64,000 nucleotides of DNA from Dimorphilus gyrociliatus (lineage: Eukaryota > Animalia > Annelida), in NCBI GenBank assembly GCA_904063045.1, contig CAJFCJ010000006.1:434001-498000 (forward strand), in the 5' to 3' direction. Positions 25,136-36,689 of the stretch are shown here, in pieces; the stretch's first letter is position 1, and each line of letters starts with the position of its first letter. Both the position numbers and the translations under genes were made by a program. The notes under the pieces are model-generated. The model ran no database searches. It was given only the letters and a program-made list of their open reading frames with translations, and was not told where the DNA came from.

Positions 25136-26675
25136 AACCTAAACCAACTAGAAGAAATTGATTGTTGATTACTTATTACTCTGCTACGACCAGACATTTA
25201 ATTATATGATTCGATATTACGTTACACGCAACCTGTGAAATACCATAAATCTCTAATTACTCTTGATGTTGTTGCCAAAAAAGAATTACAAAATTTTGTT
25301 GACTATAAGCTAAAGGCAATTTTTTATATATAAACTTCCGCTATATAGCATATATTTTACTACTCAGAAATAAATTAGAATGTGTATTATAGTTATTTTA
25401 GCCAAGTAACGAAAATTGCTAAGGAAATCAGGTTGTTTACTAAGCATTGTCTGCCATATGCTGTCGCTTCTATTACTTACAATTAGTAAATTAATAAGAC
25501 CTTTTAATGAATTGATGTTAATATAGTTGCAGAGGCGAAATCATGACTAATTTTAGTCATTATAGAGAAAGAAAACATTATTAAAGTACTATTAACATAA
25601 TCAATTATTTCAAAATAGAAACGTGCATTTGCATATTACTTTACGATTCAAGGTAAAATTTCAATTCATTAAAATAATGTGAGCTACTGCGCTCATATGG
25701 CACATACTGCCATCTGCATTTGATTGTTGATAAAAGAATTACTTTTTAATCTAAGATTCGATTGAATATCAAATATTTCAAGTTGATTGACATCAGCAGT
25801 ATTCAAAGCATTATTACATTCAAAGGAGTTAGTTATTTGTCATCCTTACAACTTAATTTGCATCGCGAACCGAACAATTTTCATAATAAATGAAAAAGTA
25901 TTGCTTAAGCTCTGTGCCTTTATATAAAAGATTAGAAGTTAACAATATTTAAACATGAAAATAAAAAACTCGAAAAAGTTTTAGATGATTGCTTAAAAAT
26001 ATCTTACGAAAACAATTTGTTTGTCTAATTTATGTCACTGATATTAATCTTTATAATAAAAACTACAGTAATTGAACCTTTTCAGGAATATTTTCACTTT
26101 TTTAAACGGATTATTAAAAAAGCCGTGCCGAGACATGTTATTTTCGTTTGAATCATATAATTCGTGCTCTTAGCTACGGAAGAAACAAATGATTTACCTG
26201 ACACTTTATTCCTTCAACACTTTTAATATAGACGCAAAATGCTGATGATTGCTTTGAAGGTGCATTCTGCCTATCAAAAGGTATTGGTAATACTTTTAAA
26301 GAACGTACAATATCACACCAGTCTCTCGGCCTCTTCATGACCCAAGAATTTAGAGTGGTTATAGATTGCATTTAACAGAGTACCCCTCTACGGTTCTCAC
26401 TAACTACCAATAGAGAAAAGTGTTTGTTATTTTTTCATCCGTCTTTTTTTTAATTATAGCTTAATAAAAGTTTAGTAACACAATATTTAACAGTTCATTA
26501 TACATTATTTGCTAAACTTTATTTATAATACAAACGATAATTCTAGAATGCTAAAACTTCAATAAATTCGGTATATTATTGTCACATGATGATTACATTT
26601 ACGTATACTATAGCATAACACATTTCTGTTATCAACAGAAGTATAAAAAGGAAGCTATTCAGAAAAGAATCTCAA

Positions 26676-29470
26676 ATGAGTTTTTTCAGCAAGCTTGTAA
26701 AAAATCGTTGGTGTCTCGCTTTCTTAAGATATTTTGTTAGATGGTTTACTTTATCCCACCAGGACCCAGCAGAGAATCTTATGTTGCAGAAAAGGGAAGA
26801 TGTAATAAAATAACCAATACATTTTCCTATATAATCCAGAATCTTCAAAAAATAGCAGCAAGGACTGATAATAATATAGACAAGTGAGTTTATAAATGAT
26901 CGGAGGAAATACTAAATTCTAAAATATTCTTTCAACAGCTGCGAATTGGCTAACGCACTGTGTTCAATTCTTGAATCTATTTTATTGCATCAGCATAGGG
27001 GAAATAATAAAGTTTGTTGCGTAATCAAACGTTTTACCTTATTTTGTTTTTATTTTTGAATTTTCCAGGCGCTTTGGGATTTCGTTTGCAAATACACACA
27101 TAAAGAGACAATTCAGGAATTGAAAACTGAAAAAGTTCTTACTTGTGAAATAGGATTATGCCGAGTAAGCTAACTGACTCAAACAAAAGTGTAGTCAATC
27201 CCTATTAATTTTAGGCTTGGGTTCGCTTAGCACTTAATCAGAATTTATTTGAAAGTTACCTTAAAGCAATAATAGCTGATTCTAAGTCGCTCGAGTAAGT
27301 CATATTTGGAAGGAATTCATCCAAGATATAGCTCCTTCACTTTTTACAGAAAATATTATAATAATACTGCTTTCTTACGGGATTTGGATCAATTATCAGT
27401 CGCTCAAATGCACATACAATATATAACATCATTAAAATTTTCTCTACCTATCGAAACCGGCTTAATAAATACTTGGCCTGAAACAACCTTAATTCTGGCT
27501 GGCTACGTTTCTGGCGACGTCGCACCCTCATTACTAGTTGGACCTGAATTTGGTTCGTGAATATTTTAAAAAACACCCTTTTAATATTGTGTTTTTTTTT
27601 AGAATCGCTTAGTGTAAATTCCTGTGATAATAGTCAACTTGTAGTAGAAGTTAGTAGGTCACGGTCGAAAAAACTAAGGAAATCAAAACCCATTAGTGCT
27701 TCTGGAGCCAGTTCCGAGGAGTGTAGTGTATCGAATGCTTCTTTTCAATCTTCCAGCTTAAGCTTTGAAACAGGTTTTCCTGTAAACAATGAGAGAAAAC
27801 AATTCCCTGTTGAAGATAATTCACCGCAAGTAGAAGTTGATTTAAATGAATCCAAGTCGAAATCGGATGAAACTCTAGAAACTGCAACATGTGACATTCC
27901 TTCAACGAAAAGTACAAACCCTTTTGATGAAATAGATGAAAAGTGCTTTCCCACATGTCCTTCGCAAGAAACAACCGTGTTTGACAAAGAACAATTTGAA
28001 GAAAAAGAATCTAAACAAGTTGTAGAAGTGATAAATTCCATGCAGGAATCTGAAGCGATAGCAATTAAGGAAACAGACAACATCCCAACAGAAGACAATT
28101 CAATCTATGATTTAGACTATTTGGTTGGAAATTCTTTAAATAGGCAATTAGATCGAATGGCATTTGTAAAAAAAGAAAAATCTTCAACCGATGATAACAC
28201 ATCCAAGGAGGAAATTGAAACATTCTTAACTCATGCAAGTTCCTGTAAGAAAAAGTTCATGTAAATAAATAAAATAACAATAATATTTTTACGACCAGCT
28301 ACCGAAATCATTGAAGCTACTGATCATAGAAATGAGTCTGATTTATCAAAGCGACATTCTGTCTTAGTTAGTTTTACATTTCTTTACTGTTCAATTGAAT
28401 ACATTTTTTGCAGTCTGAAAAGGGTTTTGAAGTTATAACTGTTGATGATGAAATCATTAATAATCAGGAAAGCTTTGATTATCAAGAAAGTTTACTTGAC
28501 CGCTTGTGCACAGAAAATGGCTTGGATGATCAAAAGTTTACCTGCAAAGGCTGCAATAGAAATATTGGACTCAGTTAGTTTATTCCCTTGAATTTATTTG
28601 TAAATTATTACATATAATTTTTTAGTTTATGGCGAACATAAAGTCTGTTGGTTTGACAAAGCATATTACTGCACGGAATGCCAAGGCGATGATGAGTATT
28701 ACATACCTTCGAGAATTCTATATAATTGGGATTTTAATAAATATCCAGGTATGAGATTAACAATTATTAATAATATTTTACAAAATATATTTATAAAAAT
28801 ATTTACACAAACATATAGTTTCAAAGAGAAATTTGCAATTCATTAAAATGATTGAACATGAAGGTGTCTTAGATATTCAAAAAAATAGTCCTTTTCTATA
28901 TGCAATATCTGATGGACTAAAAAATTTAAGAAAAACTAGACAAAGACTCTGCTTTTGCAAAGATTATTTATTGAATTGTAGTTTGTCTGTGAGAGAACAT
29001 TTTCGTAAAACGGCTTGTCCGAAAGAATATTACTACTGCCATGTGGACACTTACTCCTTATATGTAAGTTATATTTCGGCTAAATTGTTATCTAATTGGT
29101 ATCTCTCATGAAATCCTTACAGGATTTGCTAGCATTGGCTAAATCGGATGTTCTTGAAAGAGAAGTACATGATATGTACACATACGCTAAAAAACACATT
29201 TTTGAGTGTGTTTTATGTCGTCAAAAAGGATTTTATTGTGAGATATGCCGAAATAATGAAATTATCTTTCCGTTTGAATTAGAACGCGTAACAAAAGTAA
29301 ACGTTTGATTTTTATTTCTTATGGAAACTAACTTAATATCATTTTAGTGTAACACGTGTGGATCAATATTCCATAAAAATTGTAGAAATAATACTTCCCA
29401 TTGTCCTAAGTGCCAAAGGTTAGAGCAGAGAAGATCGAAAGAAGATGACTATGCCCTGGCACCACTATAA
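26676..29470 (+). CDS. PLEKHM1: PLEKHM1-like Rab7/HOPS adaptor (RUN domain + linker + Rubicon-homology domain); start uncertain (26676 or 26741)
   Basis: RUN: LCSILESILLH, EIGLCRAWVRLALNQNLFESYL, YYNNTAFLRD, INTWPETTLILAG. RH domain: QKFTCKGC, YCTECQ..IPSRILYNWDF, CVLCRQKGFYCEICRNNEIIFPF, CNTCGSIFHKNC..CPKCQR. Stop at 29468-29470. Confidence 0.88.
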
Positions 29471-30565
29471 ATGACGTTCAAATCTTAGTGTGGATACCTC
29501 TAATAAGCGATTCACAAATGATAAATAATATTCTTTTTAATTTGAATCTAAATTCATGAGTAAATAAATAGCATGTATTTTTTAAGCATAATAAATAGAG
29601 TAAAACTTTAAACACTTTAATACCTTAAAATGAACTTGTAAATGAAAACTTTTTTTTTTCGAGACAGAATTTTTAGAAACAGTGACAACACAAAGTAATT
29701 ACTTCGGATAACGAGTCTTTTATATTCACTCATCTCAGTAAAATACTTTGCTTAAGAGGTGGAAACTGCAAGAATCTTTATCACACACTCTGAAAATTTC
29801 ATAAAAATATTTACTTTTCCTATAAATATATTCATATGGAAGCACATTTAGAATAAAAGTAACCACCAGCATTTCCTGTTAGTGCCTAAGCTTTGACAAT
29901 AGTCTCTCTATTACAAAGGATGATAATTAATGGATATCTTTATTTAAAAAATTTTTACTCGAATCATATTTCCTGTTTAGGTTAACAATTATATATCTCA
30001 GAAACTGTATCTAAGAAATTTTTTTATTAAAAGCGATATCTGTCTAGAATATTAAGATACTTTTGTTAGATGGTTTATATGTTATAAAAACAGATTTTAG
30101 CGGATGCTTTGCTATTCTGCTTAGAATTTATTCAATAAGACTGTATTGAAGCAGTTAGAGACTGAAAATCTGAGACGCGGTGTCGACTTTTTTAAACCGT
30201 TTAGCTATTGCTAAATATCTTGGTCTAAACATTTAAAAGCAATTGTGTACCAATATGTACTAATATAAATCAATTTTGTTATTTCCAAATCAATTTTTAT
30301 GAATAGAAATATTCATATTATTTAGCTTTTTTTGAATGAGGTTTTATACTTCTTAGTAGTACTCCAATATGGAAATTGTATTTCACAAACGTTCTCTTTA
30401 CGTACTGAAGAAAAATATGATGTATCGAAATTTTTGATTTATAAACATGAAGTGCAGAACATATTAAAGGGAAAATTTGATTCTTACAGGAAAACACTCG
30501 ATAATAAATTAGTATGGCAAAAGACAACTTATACATGCTTTACAGTTTATCACACGTAAAAAATA

Positions 30566-32360
30566 TCATGCAGAACAATTATCTTCCTCCACTTTAACCA
30601 ATTGAATTTTTTGACCGGAGCCAGTTGATGTTAAGAAATTAGCCATTTGAGTGTGATATTCACTCGAGTCAATTTTAAGAATGTAAGGTATTATTGAATC
30701 TATCGAGACACTCCCTATTAATCCAGCAAAAAACAGTTCTTCAATGATTGAGGAGGAGAGAAGACGCAACGCAGGAAGGGCTAGAAGAAGATTCGCCTGT
30801 CTATCTATCCATATTTCAGAATAGGTTGACTGCAATAGCTCCCTCAATGAGTGCTGGAACGTTTTCTGCATTTGGCGTAGTTTGTTAGCTTCCGTTCCAT
30901 GAGCGTGATCTATCAATATTTTTTTATTTTAGGTTTGTTGACAATCTCATATTATATTTCTCATGAACTTACCCGGGCTGAAGATACATAAGGCTTTTAA
31001 ATGAGCGTATTCGGGAGCAGTAACAGCTAATCGCTTTAAATTCTCCATGATATCCCTTATCTGTTCAACAGTTTCTAGAACCAGGCTAGCCCTGTCTGCA
31101 ACTGATTTTTCTATTAAAAAAAAATATTTATACTAATTGCCAGTGTAACCAGAAGTTTTATTTACCCTTGGAGGAATTATTATTTATGTGATGGATAACG
31201 GCACTGAGGATCAAATTAAGGTTAATAACGTCTGCACATTGGGCCAGACCAAGAGCAAATATTTCTTTCCAACATTTTTTAACAGTTACAATTTGCATTC
31301 CTTCACTGAAAATAAAGAAGAAAAGTGTTTAGCTATATATATCGACTACAATTGATTTCTTTTATTTACTCTAGCATTTCAAAGGCAGATAACTTTTTGG
31401 TCCAGTGTAAAGTTAGGAATAAAAGTCTGGACGCAGTTTCGCAAATATAATGAACGTTTAGGTGAGAAGGCATTGGTGACGGTGTAGCTAACGAAAAGTC
31501 GTAATTAGCGTCAGTCATTAAGGCACCGTCTACATCTAGGCACTCTTCTTCCACGTTCAAGTCACGTGTTTGGTCCGGTTTACGATTTTTGTTCATAGAT
31601 ACCAATGAAGTAACGACATTTGCCAAAGTGCTTAAATCTGCATTGTTATGATCACTATTTGTCGTTTGACTAGAAGCTTGCTGCATGTCATTTAAAAGGA
31701 AAACACCACCATCTTCCGTCTGAACTAATCGTTCCGACAAATTGGACAAGAGACCTTCCGCCTTACCTTCCTGTGATGTTATTATTTATTAGGCTAATGA
31801 AGACGCTTTATGCAAAATTTAAAATACTACCGTATTTGGCAGATCCTTATTCAAAAATAGTCTATCTCCTATTGATTGACTGTTTGACATTTTCTCATCA
31901 ATATTGTAATTAGGCTTGCGTTCTTGTTGAACGGCTGAAAAAATTCATAAATTAGCAATTATAATCCTTCATAATGTTATCTTACATTCCGATCTCATTC
32001 CTGATGCGATGCATTTTTGTAAACGACAATATTGACACCTGTTTCTATAATGCTTTGTGATAGGACAATCCTTACTTCCTCTGCAAGCGTAGCCCAATTT
32101 TTTTCTTATAGAGCGTTTGAAAAATCCTTTGCAACCTTCGCAAGATAAAACTCCGTAATGTCTTCCCGATGCTCTATCTCCACAGACCACGCATTCTTCT
32201 AACTTGAATTTTGTATCAAGGGACCCTGGTTGTTGTTGCCCCTCTTCTCTTACTCGTACGATTCTTGCATTTGGAGATGTCTTTATTGATAGGAATTTAA
32301 TTTTTTTTTTTTATGAACACGCAGATGATATTTTACCTTCAAGCCCGTAGACGCAGCCAT
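30566..32360 (-). CDS. NR2C2: Nuclear receptor NR2C (TR2/TR4, Hr78 orthologue); multi-exon
   Basis: [46 protein letters not shown]; hinge [12 protein letters not shown]; [20 protein letters not shown] and [38 protein letters not shown] at 32360 (MAASTGLK|). Confidence 0.93.
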
Positions 32361-32700
32361 GTAAAGTTGATTACCACTGGCAAACTGCAAAGTCAGAAGA
32401 GAGGTTGCTTAGAGTCATAAAGTGGTTCTCAACATTATAATTTTACCATATTCGCTAAAGTAACGGGGAGGGTAATAGTTTGTACCGAACTACTGATATC
32501 TGGTTTGCTTTCGCCTGTCACTTGCATTATTCCTGCGACGATAAAGAAAATATTAAAAAAAGGCAACACAAAGAAATTGGTTTCATTTAATACCCTGAGG
32601 ACTCTGTTTAGGTGGTTATAAAAACGTCAACATTGATAGTAACATTCTAAATTGAACGGTTGTACTTATATGCTAAGCTATACAATGCTGTTCGTTATTC

Positions 32701-32954
32701 TGACCTACCACACCTGTATGCTAAAGGTCGTGACCTTTCTTTGTCAAAGGTCAAACGACGTTCGAGGACCGTATGCTCTTTCCGCTTGTTTATTTGTCGC
32801 GATCTCCTTGCTTCAAGCAATAATATTCATCATAGCTTTCTTGACGTAAGAGTTGTATTGATAAGTAAATTAAAAGCAAATTAGCCAAGGTAACAAAATG
32901 TTGCTTAGGAACAGCTTGTATAATGCCCTCTTGTGACCTTTTATCAAGGGGTCA
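32701..32954. promoter_or_regulatory. Cluster of nuclear-receptor AGGTCA half-sites plus an X-box upstream of NR2C
   Basis: TGACCT 32701; AAAGGTCGTGACCTTT 32723-32738; TTGTCA-A-AGGTCA 32741-32753; GTTGCTTAGGAAC 32900-32912; TGACCT-N9-GGGTCA 32934-32954. Confidence 0.6.
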
Positions 32955-34474
32955 TTGGGTTGCAATATCACTACCTAAATAATAATTAATAAATTTTTTT
33001 CCTCAAAAAAGATATATTTCTGAAGCAACGCTTAAAGGTACACATGCAAACATATATTTTCTAAATGTTGAAATCCGTGATTCTAAAGCCTTTTTAAAAA
33101 TACCTAAATTTGCCCTGGGTCAAAGCCCTAATATGAATAATATATGCAGCAAACCATGCAAGCGCACGCGATATGTAGCAATATTTACGGTATAATTTAC
33201 TAGTGGATAGTTCCTGTATTCACAATAAAGTATTGATTAGTGATGGTTACTCACGACAGATGTAACCGTTTAGTAATTTTTTCGAGGAAAGGATAAAAAT
33301 TGTTACAATAAATTTGCATATCTGTGAAATCATAATCTAAAGAGGCCGCACTAATCTAAGTCAAGAAAAAAGCTAACAGAAATATGAATAGAAAATAGCC
33401 TTTCTTATAATTATGCAAAAACTTAGGTGATATGCAGGTCGTGTCATGTCGCCATGTGTTGACGTCTTGAGAAAAACCCTATCTCTCCTTACGTGCAAGT
33501 AACTCAACATTTTTAATCAATGGCTGTAACTTTCATAGACATGAATACAATATCACTTTACTTCTTAATAACAAGCAGAACAGTAGAGTTAGAGAACCCT
33601 TCTGTTTTCGCTTCCTTCATAAGGATTCACTACAAAAAAATTTTACGTCTAAATGATTTGTCGAACGTCAATCGTTGGCAAAATAAGTTAAAATACATAA
33701 AGATCTACTAGAAACAATATCATTATTTGAAAAATACTTACTCCCTCACTCCTATTTTAACGAAATTCGTTACTTGTTGGCAAGAAAGGTCAGAGTTCGT
33801 GACATACTCTGTGTGTCGACACTCCCAGTTTAGAGAAAATATTTTGTCTATCTAAACTAGTGACATCTATCTTTTAATCAGAATAGGTAACAAATATGTA
33901 CTGGCCAACAAGATATATTAATTTTTTCGACATTTATGTGAAGTACTCAATAGAAATATTCTCTTATAAATATTCTACCCCGAATATTGTTTGATAGCCA
34001 AATACATACTCTTTAAATATTTATTTTTGAAAAATCAACCGTCAGGATCGCTAGTTATAAAAGATTAGGTTTGTTCATCATATAAGTTGCTCGGTCATCA
34101 GATTTGATGGTGATTGGTTAATAACTTGACACGCTCATTAGAATACTCAGACTTTTCATACATTTAATTTGATTATAAATTGTTGAGCTATGGAACAAAT
34201 ATATATGCTCAAACAATGAATTGACGAAATTTGTAATGATGAATGCATACAACAATTTATCAAACAGATGTCACTAATAGTTGTCAAAAATAGCTTTCAT
34301 AAGATTGTAGCTATTTTACCTACAAATAAAGTAATTTTGCAAATTTATTGTAATCAATCGCATATTACTTTAGCAAAAAAAAAACACCACAACATCTAGC
34401 CTATTGTTTTACTGAGTTAAAAAAATGATATTATCCGGATGGAATATAAGCATGCCAACTATTCCTTACGATGA

Positions 34475-34514
34475 AATAATATAATAATAATAATAATAAT
34501 AATAGTAATAATAA
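34475..34514. repeat. (AAT)n microsatellite downstream of UBE2H
   Basis: About 10 tandem AAT units. Confidence 0.85.
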
Positions 34515-34883
34515 TTATTATAAAGAAAAAAATAAAGTAATCATTATAACAATGATATAAAACTACAATTTTGACTACATCATACAAGTTTATCCATTTT
34601 TCATTAAAACACCCAAATTGAAGACGAAATAAACGACGTTTTGTGCAGATGCATAATATGATTCATGTAAGCTTAGTCACCATACATACTATTACACTTA
34701 AACATTCGTACGGTAATTAAAAAATGTATCTGCGTAATACAGTCACAAAGAAGCAGGTAGCTATAGTGCATACGAACTACGAGAATAACGCGAATTTGAT
34801 GAGGAGCTACACAACCTAAGCGACTGTTAACAGTTCGAAAAGGCGGATATGCATGAGGGATGGAAAGGAAAGCTAATGTGGCG

Positions 34884-35675
34884 TCAGAGTTCCATATCTG
34901 CAGCTTCGTCTTCGGAAAAATCTGAGAGCGATGATTCGCTTGATGTCTGCATTTCTTCCTGCTCTCGCAGTGCTTCTTCAGTTGCATACTTTCGAACGTA
35001 AGCTAAGAAAAAATCATTGAGAAAAGTGGCCAAAATTTTATTTCAGACATACTCTCAACTTTTTTCTTGTAATCTTGCGGCTTGTGCAGGAACATTGCGG
35101 CAGCATCGCCATTCAAAGGGTCGATGGGGTTTGGATACGAAAGAAGCTGAGGTAGGAACGATTCGAAGATGTTGCACAAATCTATTGTCAAAGTGAACAA
35201 CAATTTAGTTTCAGAAAAATTTACAAAATATTACCGTATAAAGCAGTCCATGCTTGATTGATTACGTCCAAACAAACAGTTCCTGAAACTTCGTCAATAT
35301 TGGGATGAAATATGCGATTAACGAATCCGATAGATGGCGATTTAAAAGGATATTTATCAGGTAGGTCAACTCGAACCTTCCAAACGCCTCCCTCATACGG
35401 TGCTATTTATAAATAAATGTGATGACAAATAATTTCAAAATGAGCTACACTTACTGTCTGTTGGTCCGTAAAATTTGACGACAAATTCGTTCAAACCACT
35501 AAGAATGGTCACTTCGTGCTTGCTTTCAATTCTAAAATCAGTCAAGTTAAGGAGCGCTCTAATGTTAAAAAATATGCAGTGCACCGCTATCGATTCGTTT
35601 TACTAGGCCTATTGCGCATGAAATTAGCCTACGCCAAAGACATAAGTTTTTTAATTAACCTCTTAATAAGCTCAC

Positions 35676-35707
<32 letters not shown>

Positions 35708-36048
35708 CTGCTTTCACTATGATTTAAAAAGAGGACAAACAAGAACTATCCAGCATGAAACAGGTCAATCTAGTTCGTTGACTTTCTTTGACCCCGGATT
35801 TCCAGCAGCTGACGACCGTTTTAGGGTACAAAATCCGGAAGAACCATAATCTAAAAGATATATTACATTCAATATTCACTGAAAGGACTCTGAGTCCTTC
35901 GATTTTTACAGCTGTCGCAGAAATACCTCAAAATTTTCAACAGCTCATTTCGACCTGTATCACCATTATTCAAAAACGAGCGTTTAAAAGGATACAATTT
36001 GACAACGTCTGTATCAATTCGGCGCTTCCCCGGACTAGGTGAGGACAT
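34884..36048 (-). CDS. UBE2H: Ubiquitin-conjugating enzyme E2 H; 5 exons
   Basis: [18 protein letters not shown]|[77 protein letters not shown]|[46 protein letters not shown]. Confidence 0.97.
35532..35995 (-). other. U12-type (minor spliceosome) GT-AG intron, UBE2H intron 1
   Basis: 5' splice site GTATCCTTT at 35995; branch site TCCTTAAC at 35553-35546, 14 nt from the terminal AG; removal restores the frame KL|IESKH. Confidence 0.93.
35681..35707. repeat. (AT)n microsatellite inside the U12 intron
   Basis: About 13 AT units. Confidence 0.9.
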
Positions 36049-36120
36049 CTTACGACGCTTTCTTCTCTTTTTTTTCCTGATCAATCAAACAAGTTCTTCG
36101 TCTAACAGAGATAATAACAA

Positions 36121-36164
36121 CAATGGCGTTTGGTCACGTGATCCGCAGTAAATGATCACGTGAT
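36121..36164. promoter_or_regulatory. UBE2H promoter: YY1-like ATGGCG and two TCACGTGA E-boxes
   Basis: CAATGGCG 36121, GGTCACGTGATC 36132-36143, ATCACGTGAT 36155-36164; 75-115 bp upstream of the ATG. Confidence 0.6.
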
Positions 36165-36689
36165 AGAAAAATATTTCCCTTCTTGGCTTCTAGACTTATT
36201 TTCCGAATCGAAACTGATATAAAATAATCACTTTTATTTTATAATCACTAAATTGTATCATTTAAGGGAAAGACAATCCGAATTAGTCCTTAAACGTACA
36301 TAACGCAGGTCATGACCTGCTTATTTGCATGCAATCAGCTGTTTGCATGTAAACAAACGATATATGGTGTAGGTGATGTCAGTGATAGCCTGCATTTTAT
36401 TTATTTATTACATCTCTAACTTATTTAATTTATTCTCGTAAATTATAATTTTCTTACAATATTTGTCAATTCAAAGTATATTCTTAGCAGACACACATTA
36501 TCATATCGCCAAGAAATGAATGCGATACAAGCAGTATGTCAACTGTGGAAGACATTCTAGTTTTTTTTTAATTTAAGCAACAATTTTTGGTAATAAATTA
36601 TTATACAATTCGCAGACGAAAAATACCAACCAAACCAAATATTAAGAAATTTCTAGAATCTAAGCAAACAGAAAAATAAGCATTAGGAT

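Noticed and set aside
24950-26371. Possible small gene between NPHP4 and PLEKHM1 (ORF 26174-26371 with a GTAAAT donor; short coiled-coil-like plus frame near 24970)
   Set aside because: No consistent multi-exon frame could be built; stops occur in all joins tried.
32652-32884. Two short plus-strand ORFs upstream of NR2C
   Set aside because: They begin with TTG/weak starts and coincide with the half-site cluster, which better explains the GC content.
32931-32965. TTGTGACC start resembling the recalled miR-2001 5' end, with local pairing
   Set aside because: Only 8 nt match, the hairpin is too short for a pre-miRNA, and it is better explained as NR half-sites.
35340-35356. ATATCCTTT on the minus strand, resembling an AT-AC U12 donor
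   Set aside because: It is coding sequence (K-Y-P-F of UBE2H) inside a continuous exon.
36570-36592. Sm-site-like AATTTTTGG near an octamer motif (possible snRNA/SL RNA)
   Set aside because: No flanking stem-loops or recognisable snRNA sequence; common by chance in AT-rich DNA.
36049-36689. Operon/trans-splicing between tandem genes (Egl-like to UBE2H; TAF4 to SAR1-like)
   Set aside because: Both downstream genes have their own promoter-like motif clusters and gaps of 640-770 bp; no SL RNA was recognisable.
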